A stretch of DNA of 64,000 nucleotides from Planctomycetaceae bacterium (GTDB lineage: Bacteria > Planctomycetota > Planctomycetia > Pirellulales > Pirellulaceae): the NCBI GenBank assembly GCA_005778405.1, contig SXOA01000150.1, positions 1 through 64,000 of the forward strand. Direction: 5' to 3'. The translations under genes and the position numbers were made by a program. Every line of letters starts with the position of its first letter. The first letter of the stretch is position 1. The notes below the pieces were generated by a model. It searched no databases. It was not told the origin of the DNA and saw nothing but the letters and a program-made list of their open reading frames with translations. Positions 1 through 7,070 of the stretch are shown here, piece by piece.

Positions 1-53
1 AGAGCGTCGGCCTCCGAAGCCGAAGGTTACAGGTTCGAGTCCTGTCGGGCATA
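1..53 (+). tRNA. 3' fragment of a tRNA cut by the window edge; anticodon loop CTCCGAA suggests Arg(CCG)
   Basis: The anticodon stem-loop cggcc-tccgaag-ccg, the T-arm acagGTTCGAGTcctgt and the acceptor 3' strand are all visible. The 5' half lies outside the window. Confidence 0.45.
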
Positions 54-146
54 TTCTTGATAGACACTTCTAATGAGGCTGAGGGCAGTTCGCGAAATAG
101 GCAACCGTGAAGTGTCTGGCCGTTTCTGAACTGCCCAACTGCAAAG

Positions 147-1928
147 TTAATACAGCACAATGGCCCGCCCCGGCCCGCCGTGGCAGTCTCTGATTTTGAG
201 AGGGGCGAAGACAAAGTACCCACCTTCTGGAACCTTGTCGACATTGTGCAGGAACTCGACGCCGACCATTTCTTTGCTGCCAAGCGCCCAGTAGGTCATC
301 AGTGCCTGCTGGGGATCGACGCCTCCCAGATCGGGTGCGTCCGTGGCGATGCAGCGAATTCCTTTCTCCTTCAGGTAGACGACCGTTTCCGCCCCCACGG
401 CGGGCCAGCCTTCGCTTTTTCCCGCCAGCGGCGCGGTCCAAACGCCCCCGTCATTGGGCTGCGGCTGGAAATGATTGTCGAGGTGACCCGTGTGGAAGAG
501 CACGATGTCTCCGGCTCTTAGCGCACCATGCTCCTTTTCAAATGCTTCAACGTGGTTGGGCTTGATAACCGGAGATGCGGGCCAGCTCTTCGCGGGTATG
601 CTGCCGACGAGGGACCGCACGTCAATAACCCGTACCGGGCCGCTGGTCCAAGCCAGCGGAACTTTCTCGGTCGTTATCGAACTCGTGCCGCGGGGACCGA
701 ATTTCTTCTCGTACTCTTCCAGCCAGCCCCGCACCTCGGGAGAGTAGGCAATTTTTGCTCCCTCCGGCGGCAGCGCAAAGGAAGGGGGGACAAGGTGCGT
801 CCCCGCCATGGAATCCATCAGATGCGTATGATGCCAGAGGTCCAAGTATTCGGAATAGAGAAAGTCGATCTTGAGGTAAACCTGGCGATGCTGCCCCGCG
901 CCGATTCCCGGTGAAGTGACGGGCAAGTTCGGAGCCAGGGTCGGCGAGAGATCGACCGCTCGTTTGTTTTTGGCCGATTCGATCAGCCGCTTGGGCACGT
1001 CTCCCCCGACGATTGAGAATGCGCGGCACTCGCTATAGGGTCCCCCTTGGTGTTTGGGACCAAGCATGCAATAGAACGCCCCCGTCGGCGGCAGCGCTCC
1101 CAGATTCGTTGCTCCTTCGGTCCAGATCATGCCATGTTTGAGTCCCGCATAGTGTGTAGGTTCGGCCAGATCCGGCAGCGGCCCCATGCTGGCACTGTCG
1201 GTCCCCAGAGTCATCACGCCGCGCGTGGCAAGGTACTCCATGCACTCTGGATTGGGGTCGGGAAAACCGGGAGCTTTGCGATTCAAGGCATCGGCCACGA
1301 AGCGGCTCCCCTCCGGCAAGGGGAGGTAATACTTGTCCGAAAATCCACTGCGAAACAGCACCACGTCCCCAAATCGCAGCGCACGATGTTGCTCTTCAAA
1401 CCGCTGGACATGCTTGGGGGTGACCAGCGGGCTGACTCCTTTGGGTGCCTGATCGAGCAAGTCGCGGACATCGACGACGCACGCTTCTCCGCCGAACTGC
1501 CACGCCTCAATCTTGTCGGTATAGGCCAAACCCAATGGCCCAGACTTCTCGCGCTTGAGATCGGGGCGCGCGACGGAATGCGGCGGCACATCGAGCTGCG
1601 TTCCGGTGTTGCCGTCAATCAGCAGCACATCAATGTTGTAGGGGGAGTCCGGGCCGATCACCCGCTGACGGGTAATCTGAAAACGGGGAAACGGAAAGGA
1701 AGGCCACGTGCAGGGATATTCTGGAGCGACCAGCAGTGAGTGGTCGACAAACTGAGGCGAGTCACGTTTGGAACCAGGAGCCTGAGCGCCGCTTCGATTC
1801 ACCAACAATACTGCAAAAAGCAATGCGCCATGGAAGGATCGCCAGGGCATCCAATTGCAAGTTCGGTTCGTCATAGGATCGGTTTTCTGGCAAGATTCAC
1901 GGTTGAAAACAAGCGGGAGCACCGGCAA
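147..1928 (-). CDS. secreted protein with two tandem cyclase-family (kynurenine formamidase-like) domains; the likely start is the internal Met near 1850, giving a signal peptide
   Basis: 593-aa ORF. Two repeats carry cyclase-like GTHLD/GTQLDVPPH motifs. A hydrophobic signal-like segment (MPWRSFHGALLFAVLL) follows an internal Met. Confidence 0.55.
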   Translation of the reverse strand: MPVLPLVFNRESCQKTDPMTNRTCNWMPWRSFHGALLFAVLLVNRSGAQAPGSKRDSPQFVDHSLLVAPEYPCTWPSFPFPRFQITRQRVIGPDSPYNIDVLLIDGNTGTQLDVPPHSVARPDLKREKSGPLGLAYTDKIEAWQFGGEACVVDVRDLLDQAPKGVSPLVTPKHVQRFEEQHRALRFGDVVLFRSGFSDKYYLPLPEGSRFVADALNRKAPGFPDPNPECMEYLATRGVMTLGTDSASMGPLPDLAEPTHYAGLKHGMIWTEGATNLGALPPTGAFYCMLGPKHQGGPYSECRAFSIVGGDVPKRLIESAKNKRAVDLSPTLAPNLPVTSPGIGAGQHRQVYLKIDFLYSEYLDLWHHTHLMDSMAGTHLVPPSFALPPEGAKIAYSPEVRGWLEEYEKKFGPRGTSSITTEKVPLAWTSGPVRVIDVRSLVGSIPAKSWPASPVIKPNHVEAFEKEHGALRAGDIVLFHTGHLDNHFQPQPNDGGVWTAPLAGKSEGWPAVGAETVVYLKEKGIRCIATDAPDLGGVDPQQALMTYWALGSKEMVGVEFLHNVDKVPEGGYFVFAPLKIRDCHGGPGRAIVLY

Positions 1929-2000
1929 GTCACTGAGGGACCGCCGTGCAAACTCCCCATGAATAGCATCAAAGAGTTATTGGCCGTAAAGGCTTAGGTG

Positions 2001-3041
2001 CTATTTGACCCGCACCAACTTCATAATGCGCCCCGATACGTTCCAATCCTGCACATACAGATTGCCGTCCTTATCCCAGTAGGATCCGTGAGTGCCGCTG
2101 AAGACCCCCTCAATCCACTGCTCCTGTGGGACGCCAAAGTTCACTCTTTTCGCCGGGTCGGCATTGTGGCCTAGAACGGCGATGATTGTGTTGCTCTTGT
2201 CGAGAATGACGACTCGTCCGTGCAAATCCGGCACCGAGACATAGTCTCCTTGGACCGCGGCGGAGGTTGGCATTCCCAGGCCGGTCACCACCTCCTCAAT
2301 GAAGTTACCCTCGAGGTCATAGTGCAATAGCCGACCCTTGGGCGTGTGGTTGCGGTCGCAAATGAGCAGGCGAGGTGGTTCGTACCGAGTATCGAGTGTC
2401 ATGCCATGGGCGGTGTTGAATTGCTTGAGGTCGTTCCCCTTGGAACCAAAGTGCTTCAAGTATTTGCCGGCCTTATCAAACTTAATAATGTGGTTGCTGG
2501 CATAGCCGTCGGACAGAAAGATGTCGCCATTGGGCGCGATAGTGATCGCCGTGGGGTTGAACTGCTTGAGTTTGAGTCCGGATTCCTCGGGAAAGGGCAA
2601 CTTCAAGACGATCTCGCCACTATGGGCGTTGAATTTGATCCCTTCAGCATTGGCGTTGCGGGCACCGTAAATGAACTCCGCATCACCCTCTGCGCGGATC
2701 TCCATATCATGGATGTTGGAGTACTTGTCTCCCAGATATTCCTTGATCACCTTTCCATCGGGAGAGAAAACGACGACTCCCTTGTTGGCGCTGGTGTAAA
2801 TGTTTCCGGCCTTATCGATCACGACCGCGCCGTGTGTCGGTCCCAGGGCGGAAGTTCCATCCGGGCGCAGTCCCCAGCCGGGCACCGTTTCAAAGGTCAT
2901 GATCCCGCAGCCCATCCTTACCGGCTTGGCATCCTTTTGAGCCAGAGCGGGAAGGGTCAGGCCGAGCGACAACACGAAAGCGAGGCAAGCGGAACTGGTT
3001 TTCACGATCGGGACTCCAGAGTGAATCTTCATATTTGACAA
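2001..3041 (-). CDS. NHL-repeat / six-bladed beta-propeller secreted protein
   Basis: 346-aa ORF with an N-terminal signal peptide. It has repeated motifs of the form 'G..F..P.G.A.D..GN.YV.D', typical of NHL repeats. Confidence 0.5.
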   Translation of the reverse strand: MSNMKIHSGVPIVKTSSACLAFVLSLGLTLPALAQKDAKPVRMGCGIMTFETVPGWGLRPDGTSALGPTHGAVVIDKAGNIYTSANKGVVVFSPDGKVIKEYLGDKYSNIHDMEIRAEGDAEFIYGARNANAEGIKFNAHSGEIVLKLPFPEESGLKLKQFNPTAITIAPNGDIFLSDGYASNHIIKFDKAGKYLKHFGSKGNDLKQFNTAHGMTLDTRYEPPRLLICDRNHTPKGRLLHYDLEGNFIEEVVTGLGMPTSAAVQGDYVSVPDLHGRVVILDKSNTIIAVLGHNADPAKRVNFGVPQEQWIEGVFSGTHGSYWDKDGNLYVQDWNVSGRIMKLVRVK

Positions 3042-3458
3042 AATGCTGGGGTGAGTGGGAATTCGGGGCAGCTTCGAATTCGTTTAAACGGTGGCCCATT
3101 ATCCGGTCGCTAGCGACGAACTACAACCAGGGCAGCGGGTTCACCCTGTCGGCCATCCAGGCCGTCTTGCGAATTGGAAAAATTCCGCAACGGCGCGAAT
3201 AAACAGCGAATTGGGGCATCTTCCAATGGGAACTGGTTTTTTGCGCAACCAGCGAACCTTTCTGGCCCTCAGCCGTCTACATCCTTGAACCTGTCACAAC
3301 AGCACACCCCAATCGCGAAGGACCCGAGAATTCAAATGACCGCCTGGAATTCGAATTACTGCCTGCACAATCGCGAAGGCATCGCCGCCATGGGTACGGC
3401 GAATTGCTCCGCCTATCCGCTGCGCTGGTGACACGGCTCTAATCCTCAAGGGATGCAA

Positions 3459-3488
3459 AGCCCGGTGTCACATACGCCGGGCTTTTTT
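3459..3488 (+). terminator. intrinsic terminator-like hairpin (gcccgg...ccgggc) followed by a T6 run, immediately upstream of the tRNA array
   Basis: GC stem plus a TTTTTT run seen in the sequence. It ends an AT-richer region (3040-3500). Confidence 0.4.
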
Positions 3489-3505
3489 GTGGACTGAAAT
3501 AACGC

Positions 3506-3578
3506 GGCTCGTTCGTTTAGTGGCCTAGGATCCTGCCCTTTCAAGGCGGAGAGATGGGTTCGATTCCCATACGAGCTA
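3506..3578 (+). tRNA. tRNA-Glu (anticodon TTC)
   Basis: Cloverleaf fold by eye: acceptor ggctcgt/acgagct, anticodon loop CTTTCAA, T-arm atggGTTCGATTcccat. Confidence 0.65.
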
Positions 3579-3581
3579 CTT

Positions 3582-3653
3582 GGTAGTCGAGGGCTGGTCG
3601 CCCATCTTCGGCTGATAACCGGGGCGCGCTGAGTTCGATCCTCAGGGCTACCA
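3582..3653 (+). tRNA. tRNA-Ile (anticodon GAT) with an unusually short D-loop
   Basis: Acceptor ggtagtc/ggctacc, anticodon loop CTGATAA, T-arm ctgaGTTCGATCctcag. The D-arm gggc-tggtc-gccc is atypical. Confidence 0.45.
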
Positions 3654-3670
3654 CTTGAAAATTGGAAATC

Positions 3671-3743
3671 GGGATCAAGGTGTTAGCGGCAGCATGCCCG
3701 GCTCTTAACCGGGAAGGTGAGGGTTCGAGCCCCTCGGGTCCCA
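3671..3743 (+). tRNA. tRNA-Lys (anticodon CTT)
   Basis: Anticodon arm cccgg-CTCTTAA-ccggg and T-arm gaggGTTCGAGCccctc. The acceptor has one mismatch at its base. Confidence 0.5.
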
Positions 3744-3777
3744 CTCGCTGTTTGACAATCTGGTTGTGGAATGACGA

Positions 3778-3848
3778 GCGCCCATGATGTAGCGGCAGCC
3801 TGCTGCCTTGCCATGGCGGAAGTGCGGGTTCGACTCCCGCTGGGCGCT
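3778..3848 (+). tRNA. tRNA-Gly (anticodon GCC); D-arm appears truncated
   Basis: Acceptor gcgccca/tgggcgc, anticodon loop TTGCCAT, T-arm gcggGTTCGACTcccgc. Confidence 0.5.
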
Positions 3849-3885
3849 CTGAATTCGTAGCCCGCACACTCCGTGTGTGGGAAAT

Positions 3886-3959
3886 CGGCGTGTGGGAGAA
3901 ATGGGAAGTCCACGTGCTTTGGGAGCACGAAGATGCTGGTTCGAACCCAGCCGCGCCGA
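3886..3959 (+). tRNA. tRNA-Pro (anticodon TGG)
   Basis: Acceptor cggcgtg/cgcgccg, anticodon arm cgtgc-TTTGGGA-gcacg, T-arm gctgGTTCGAACccagc. It resembles the canonical bacterial Pro(UGG) sequence. Confidence 0.7.
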
Positions 3960-3964
3960 CCTTT

Positions 3965-4038
3965 TGTGGTGCCTCCGTGCTGGTACGGTGGAGCGGCTGT
4001 TAACCGCTTCTACGCAGGTTCGATTCCTGCCGCCACAG
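3965..4038 (+). tRNA. tRNA-Asn (anticodon GTT)
   Basis: U1-A72 start as in E. coli tRNA-Asn. Anticodon arm agcgg-CTGTTAA-ccgct, T-arm gcagGTTCGATTcctgc. Confidence 0.6.
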
Positions 4039-4041
4039 CTT

Positions 4042-4127
4042 GGAAGTCAACCGGCTGGATGAGGAGCCTGTCTCGAAAACAGGTGGCGGCACTTCGCCGC
4101 TTGCGAGTTCGAGTCTCGCGGCTTCCG
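4042..4127 (+). tRNA. tRNA-Ser (anticodon CGA) with a long variable arm
   Basis: Anticodon arm cctgt-CTCGAAA-acagg, long variable stem-loop ggcggcacttcgccgc, T-arm gcgaGTTCGAGTctcgc. 86 nt long. Confidence 0.7.
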
Positions 4128-4145
4128 CTTGATCGAAAAACAAAT

Positions 4146-4218
4146 GGTCCCGTGGCCAAGCGGCTAAGGCAGCACTCCTACAAAGTGACGAGCGGTGGTT
4201 CGACTCCATCCGGGACTA
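4146..4218 (+). tRNA. tRNA with anticodon TAC (Val-like), atypical: C at the normally invariant U33 position and a 27-43 mismatch
   Basis: Acceptor ggtcccg/cgggact, D-arm gcc-aagcggctaa-ggc, anticodon loop CCTACAA, T-arm ggtgGTTCGACTccatc. Confidence 0.4.
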
Positions 4219-4257
4219 CTGAACCAATAAACCAAAACCCTATCTATGAAAACAACT

Positions 4258-4332
4258 GTCCTCGTGGAGCAGCCCGGAGTGCTCGCCGCCCTGTCACGGC
4301 GGAGGCCGTCGGTTCAAATCCGATCGGGGACG
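4258..4332 (+). tRNA. tRNA-Asp (anticodon GTC)
   Basis: D-arm gagc...gctc, anticodon arm ccgcc-CTGTCAC-ggcgg, T-arm gtcgGTTCAAATccgat, acceptor gtcctcg/cggggac. Confidence 0.7.
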
Positions 4333-4343
4333 CTGAGACATTT

Positions 4344-4425
4344 GCGTCGGTTGGGCATTGGCAAGCCTCAGTGGCCGTAACCCACCCGCCTTCGGGCTCT
4401 GCAGGTTCAACTCCTGTCCGGCGCA
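4344..4425 (+). tRNA. tRNA-Tyr (anticodon GTA) with a long variable arm; the anticodon loop CCGTAAC has C at the U33 position
   Basis: Acceptor gcgtcgg/ccggcgc, variable stem cccg-cctt-cggg, T-arm gcagGTTCAACTcctgt. Confidence 0.5.
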
Positions 4426-4443
4426 CTTTGATGATTGCGATAA

Positions 4444-4526
4444 GGCCAAGTGATGAAACGGGAGACATGCGACGCTCAGAACGTCGTGCCATTCATGGCG
4501 TGGGAGTTCAACTCTCCCCTTGGCTA
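4444..4526 (+). tRNA. tRNA-Leu (anticodon CAG) with a long variable arm
   Basis: Acceptor ggccaag/cttggct, anticodon arm cgacg-CTCAGAA-cgtcg, variable hairpin ccat-tc-atgg, T-arm gggaGTTCAACTctccc. Confidence 0.7.
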
Positions 4527-4533
4527 CTGAAAT

Positions 4534-4602
4534 TGCGGGTGGGCCAGCGCCCACTCGAGCCTCATAAGCTCGATGAGCCGGGTGCGACCCCCGGACCCGC
4601 TA
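4534..4602 (+). tRNA. tRNA-like with anticodon CAT (Met/fMet/Ile2-like), atypical: T-loop reads TGCGACC (G at the Psi55 position), short D-arm, position 1-72 unpaired
   Basis: Anticodon arm cgagc-CTCATAA-gctcg is clean. The T-arm ccggg-tgcgacc-cccgg and the acceptor pair only over 6 bp. Confidence 0.35.
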
Positions 4603-4606
4603 CTCT

Positions 4607-4677
4607 GGTCTGTAGGTGCTGCGGCCGCACACTGCTTTGGTAGGGCAGGAGCCCGGGTTCGACTCCCGGACGGACCT
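4607..4677 (+). tRNA. tRNA-Thr (anticodon GGT)
   Basis: Acceptor ggtctgt/acggacc, D-arm gtgc-tgcggcc-gcac, anticodon loop TTGGTAG, T-arm ccggGTTCGACTcccgg. Confidence 0.6.
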
Positions 4678-4691
4678 CTCGATATGAATTC

Positions 4692-4763
4692 GGGCCTGCA
4701 TGCCGCTGGAGGCGACTGATCCTTGCAAGATCGGTGTGATGGGTTCAACTCCCATCAGGTCCA
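4692..4763 (+). tRNA. tRNA-Ala (anticodon TGC), with the G3:U70 identity pair
   Basis: Acceptor gggcctg/caggtcc contains the G3-U70 wobble. Anticodon arm tgatc-CTTGCAA-gatcg, T-arm atggGTTCAACTcccat. Confidence 0.7.
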
Positions 4764-4778
4764 CTGAACGACGTACAC

Positions 4779-4850
4779 AGCTCAATGGTGAAACGGAAAT
4801 CATTCCTCGCTTCGAACGAGGAGGTCCGGGTTCGACTCCTGGTTGAGCTG
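4779..4850 (+). tRNA. tRNA-Arg (anticodon TCG)
   Basis: Acceptor agctcaa/ttgagct, anticodon arm cctcg-CTTCGAA-cgagg, T-arm ccggGTTCGACTcctgg. Confidence 0.55.
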
Positions 4851-4861
4851 CTGATTTACAT

Positions 4862-4939
4862 GGTTTCCGTAGTGTAGCGGTCGCTGCACGCCTGGCTGTG
4901 AACCAGGAGGCATGGGTTCGACTCCCATCGGATACCCCA
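4862..4939 (+). tRNA. tRNA-His (anticodon GTG) with encoded G-1, C73 discriminator and an encoded CCA
   Basis: G-1 precedes the acceptor gtttccg. Anticodon arm cctgg-CTGTGAA-ccagg, T-arm atggGTTCGACTcccat, 3' end ...cggatac-C-CCA. Confidence 0.65.
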
Positions 4940-4940
4940 T

Positions 4941-5033
4941 TGGCGAAAGTCGAAATCCGAAATCCAAAATCCGAAACTCGGAATCGAAATGCCCTTTTTC
5001 GGATTTCGTGCTTCGAATTTCGGGTTTCTATTT
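4941..5033. repeat. spacer made of short direct repeats (gaaatcc x3) followed by their inverted complement (ggatttcg... cgaatttcggg); predicted extended hairpin inside the tRNA array
   Basis: Seen directly in the sequence between tRNA-His and tRNA-Trp. There is no convincing cloverleaf. Confidence 0.4.
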
Positions 5034-5103
5034 ACGAATGTGCTCCTGGGAGAGCAGCTAGCCTCCAAAACTGGTCTACGGGGTTCGAATCCTCGCGTTC
5101 GTG
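5034..5103 (+). tRNA. tRNA-Trp (anticodon CCA)
   Basis: A1 start as in E. coli tRNA-Trp. D-arm gctc-ctggga-gagc, anticodon loop CTCCAAA, T-arm cgggGTTCGAATcctcg, acceptor acgaatg/cgttcgt. Confidence 0.5.
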
Positions 5104-5137
5104 CTCAAAGTAGTCCGCTCACTCCGTGGGCGAACAT

Positions 5138-5211
5138 GCCGACGTGGCGCGATTGAGAAAGGCGCCGGCTTCGTAAGCCGGTTCATGCTGGTGCGAATCC
5201 AGTCGTCGGCT
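5138..5211 (+). tRNA. tRNA-Thr (anticodon CGT); T-loop reads TGCGAAT (G at position 55)
   Basis: Acceptor gccgacg/cgtcggc (exact), anticodon arm ccggc-TTCGTAA-gccgg, T-arm gctgg-tgcgaat-ccagt. Confidence 0.5.
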
Positions 5212-5224
5212 CTGTTTGTGGTTT

Positions 5225-5297
5225 GTCCTCGCAGTGTGCCGGATACGCACGCGACCCTGCGAAGGTCGAAGACCAGGTTCAATTCCTGGCGAGGATA
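5225..5297 (+). tRNA. tRNA-Arg with anticodon GCG (uncommon in bacteria, which usually carry ACG)
   Basis: Acceptor gtcctcg/cgaggat, anticodon arm cgacc-CTGCGAA-ggtcg, T-arm ccagGTTCAATTcctgg. Confidence 0.45.
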
Positions 5298-5460
5298 CTG
5301 CGCCAGCAGCACCAGGCTCAAAATCAACAAGCCAAATCCCCCCGCGAGCACCGCTTTCATCCCTACGGCAGCCACCCGGAAGCCAAAAATGAGCACTTTC
5401 ACACTGCTGTTCGCGCCAACGTTGTCAAACGCGACCGGCTGATTTGCGACGATGGGCCGA

Positions 5461-6924
5461 CTAGCCTCCGCAACCGCCGCAGCCCCCTCCACCGCCGCAC
5501 CCTCCGCCGCCTCCACCACAACCTCCTCCGCCCGTCGAACAGCCGCCGCCCCCATTCGCACGCGGCAGCATGGCATAGACCTCGGCCAGCGGGCCGTCTG
5601 CCAATATGCCGGCACCGAACAATCCGATCGTCATCGCCAGCGTAGCGGGAGACATCGCCGCCGTAGCGGACTCCGAGAGTTGTGTCGCGGAAGCATGCTT
5701 TGCCTGCAGCGACTCGAGCGATGCTTGACCGCTGGACGAAAGTCGCGACCGAGCGAGCAGATAGACGAGCGCAGCCACGGCCGTCAAAAGGCAAGCGACT
5801 ATCAGAAACTCAACCGGCCGGCCGCGCGATAGCCCGATCGCAATTTTCGGCAAGCCAAGGAGCAGCGGCGCAGCCATGATGAGGCTTGCCGCCACGCTGC
5901 GAGCCGAAGGAGCGCCCGCTTGCAGAAAGCCTCGCTCGATCAGGCTCTCGTTGATTTCCTGTGCGATTGGCATTCCCGCCTTGGTGAGCGGCTCAATACT
6001 TTCCGCGGGAACGGCCGCGGTCTCGAACAATGCCTGTTCCAGCCGCGGCGAGTTCTTTGGCAACGGTTTGCCTTGCCGAATCGTGCTCGTGCTCCAGGTA
6101 AAGAACCCCCAGCCCTTGTTTTCTGTGACAAGTTGCAGCGTTCCGGCTTGCACCATCGCCGCGAACGCGGCCTGCACGGCCCGCGCTGCACCAGCCGCCA
6201 GACAGGCTACTTCGTAGGGGTCGAGACTCGCGGGTTTCTCGCCAACGGCCCCTTCGTTGGTGGGATTGACCAGCCGAGTTATGAGCGCCAGGACAGCGGC
6301 AATGATGACGAGGAGAATGTACAAACCCAGAAATCGTGGCCCGGTCCAGTCGAGCGGGTTCCACATCCCAGCCCCAAGCGGCAGGCCAACAAGACCCAGC
6401 ACGAGGAGCGGCGAGGAACGGGAAAGCATGAGCGGCCAGCTCGGTCTGGGGATGATCCAATACCGCCGGGTGTTCACACTCACGTGCTGGAGATCCTCGC
6501 CAAATCGTTGACCCGCGGGCGGCCAGATGTCGCCTGGCGGCAGTTGTCCGAAGAGCCGCTCATAACTCGCCAGCGTCTGGTTGTAGAGTTCGATGAATCT
6601 CGTTTGTTCCGCTTCGCCCCCTTTGGTTGGCCCATGATGCAGCGGCTGTTGAAGCACGTTTCGGCAAAGGTTTTCCCAGTACGAGCGGGTGTATGTCAGA
6701 TGCAGATGCCAGGCCTGATCGACTTGCTCGGAGGGAGTGACCACATGGCCCGCGGTGACGGCCAGGAAGAGAAACTTCCGGTACTCGGCAATCACTCGCT
6801 CGGAATAGGCCGCGCTCCAGCCGTTTTCGCGGGCCAGTCGCCGGGTAAACGTCAACTCCGTTGCGGGCTCATCGATTTGGAATGCGATCAACTTTGCCAA
6901 CAGAGTTTGTTGCGTAGCGTTCAT
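5461..6924 (-). CDS. membrane protein with an N-terminal GRDP-like (glycine-rich domain protein, DUF1399-type; ...VDQAWHLHL... motif) domain and a TIGR04222-like TM region, ending in a Gly/Cys-rich tail (GGGGCSTGGGGCGGGGGGCGGGGGCGGCGG)
   Basis: 487-aa ORF with multiple hydrophobic helices. The C-terminal tail is encoded by an imperfect GGC/GCC repeat at 5461-5550. Confidence 0.5.
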   Translation of the reverse strand: MNATQQTLLAKLIAFQIDEPATELTFTRRLARENGWSAAYSERVIAEYRKFLFLAVTAGHVVTPSEQVDQAWHLHLTYTRSYWENLCRNVLQQPLHHGPTKGGEAEQTRFIELYNQTLASYERLFGQLPPGDIWPPAGQRFGEDLQHVSVNTRRYWIIPRPSWPLMLSRSSPLLVLGLVGLPLGAGMWNPLDWTGPRFLGLYILLVIIAAVLALITRLVNPTNEGAVGEKPASLDPYEVACLAAGAARAVQAAFAAMVQAGTLQLVTENKGWGFFTWSTSTIRQGKPLPKNSPRLEQALFETAAVPAESIEPLTKAGMPIAQEINESLIERGFLQAGAPSARSVAASLIMAAPLLLGLPKIAIGLSRGRPVEFLIVACLLTAVAALVYLLARSRLSSSGQASLESLQAKHASATQLSESATAAMSPATLAMTIGLFGAGILADGPLAEVYAMLPRANGGGGCSTGGGGCGGGGGGCGGGGGCGGCGG

Positions 6925-7070
6925 GAGAGGCCTCCGAGGATTTGGCGAAAACCGACTCTCAACTCCACCGATACCAGCGACAACGAAGAATCCGGCGCGC
7001 GCGGAAAATTGTTTCCTGCCCCGGCCGCGGCGGGTACAATGAGGCCCAACATCGCACTTAGATTGGACTT

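Noticed and set aside
3174-3431. 85-aa ORF in the AT-richer region upstream of the tRNA array
   Set aside because: It has no RBS and no motif. The region is more plausibly promoter/leader for the array, ending in the terminator-like hairpin at 3459. I did not call it a gene.
4941-5033. Possible CRISPR-like or extra tRNA in the repeat spacer of the tRNA array
   Set aside because: The repeats are 7-8-nt units with an inverted complement, not 25-40-nt direct repeats with unique spacers. There is no T-loop or cloverleaf, so I treated it as a hairpin spacer.
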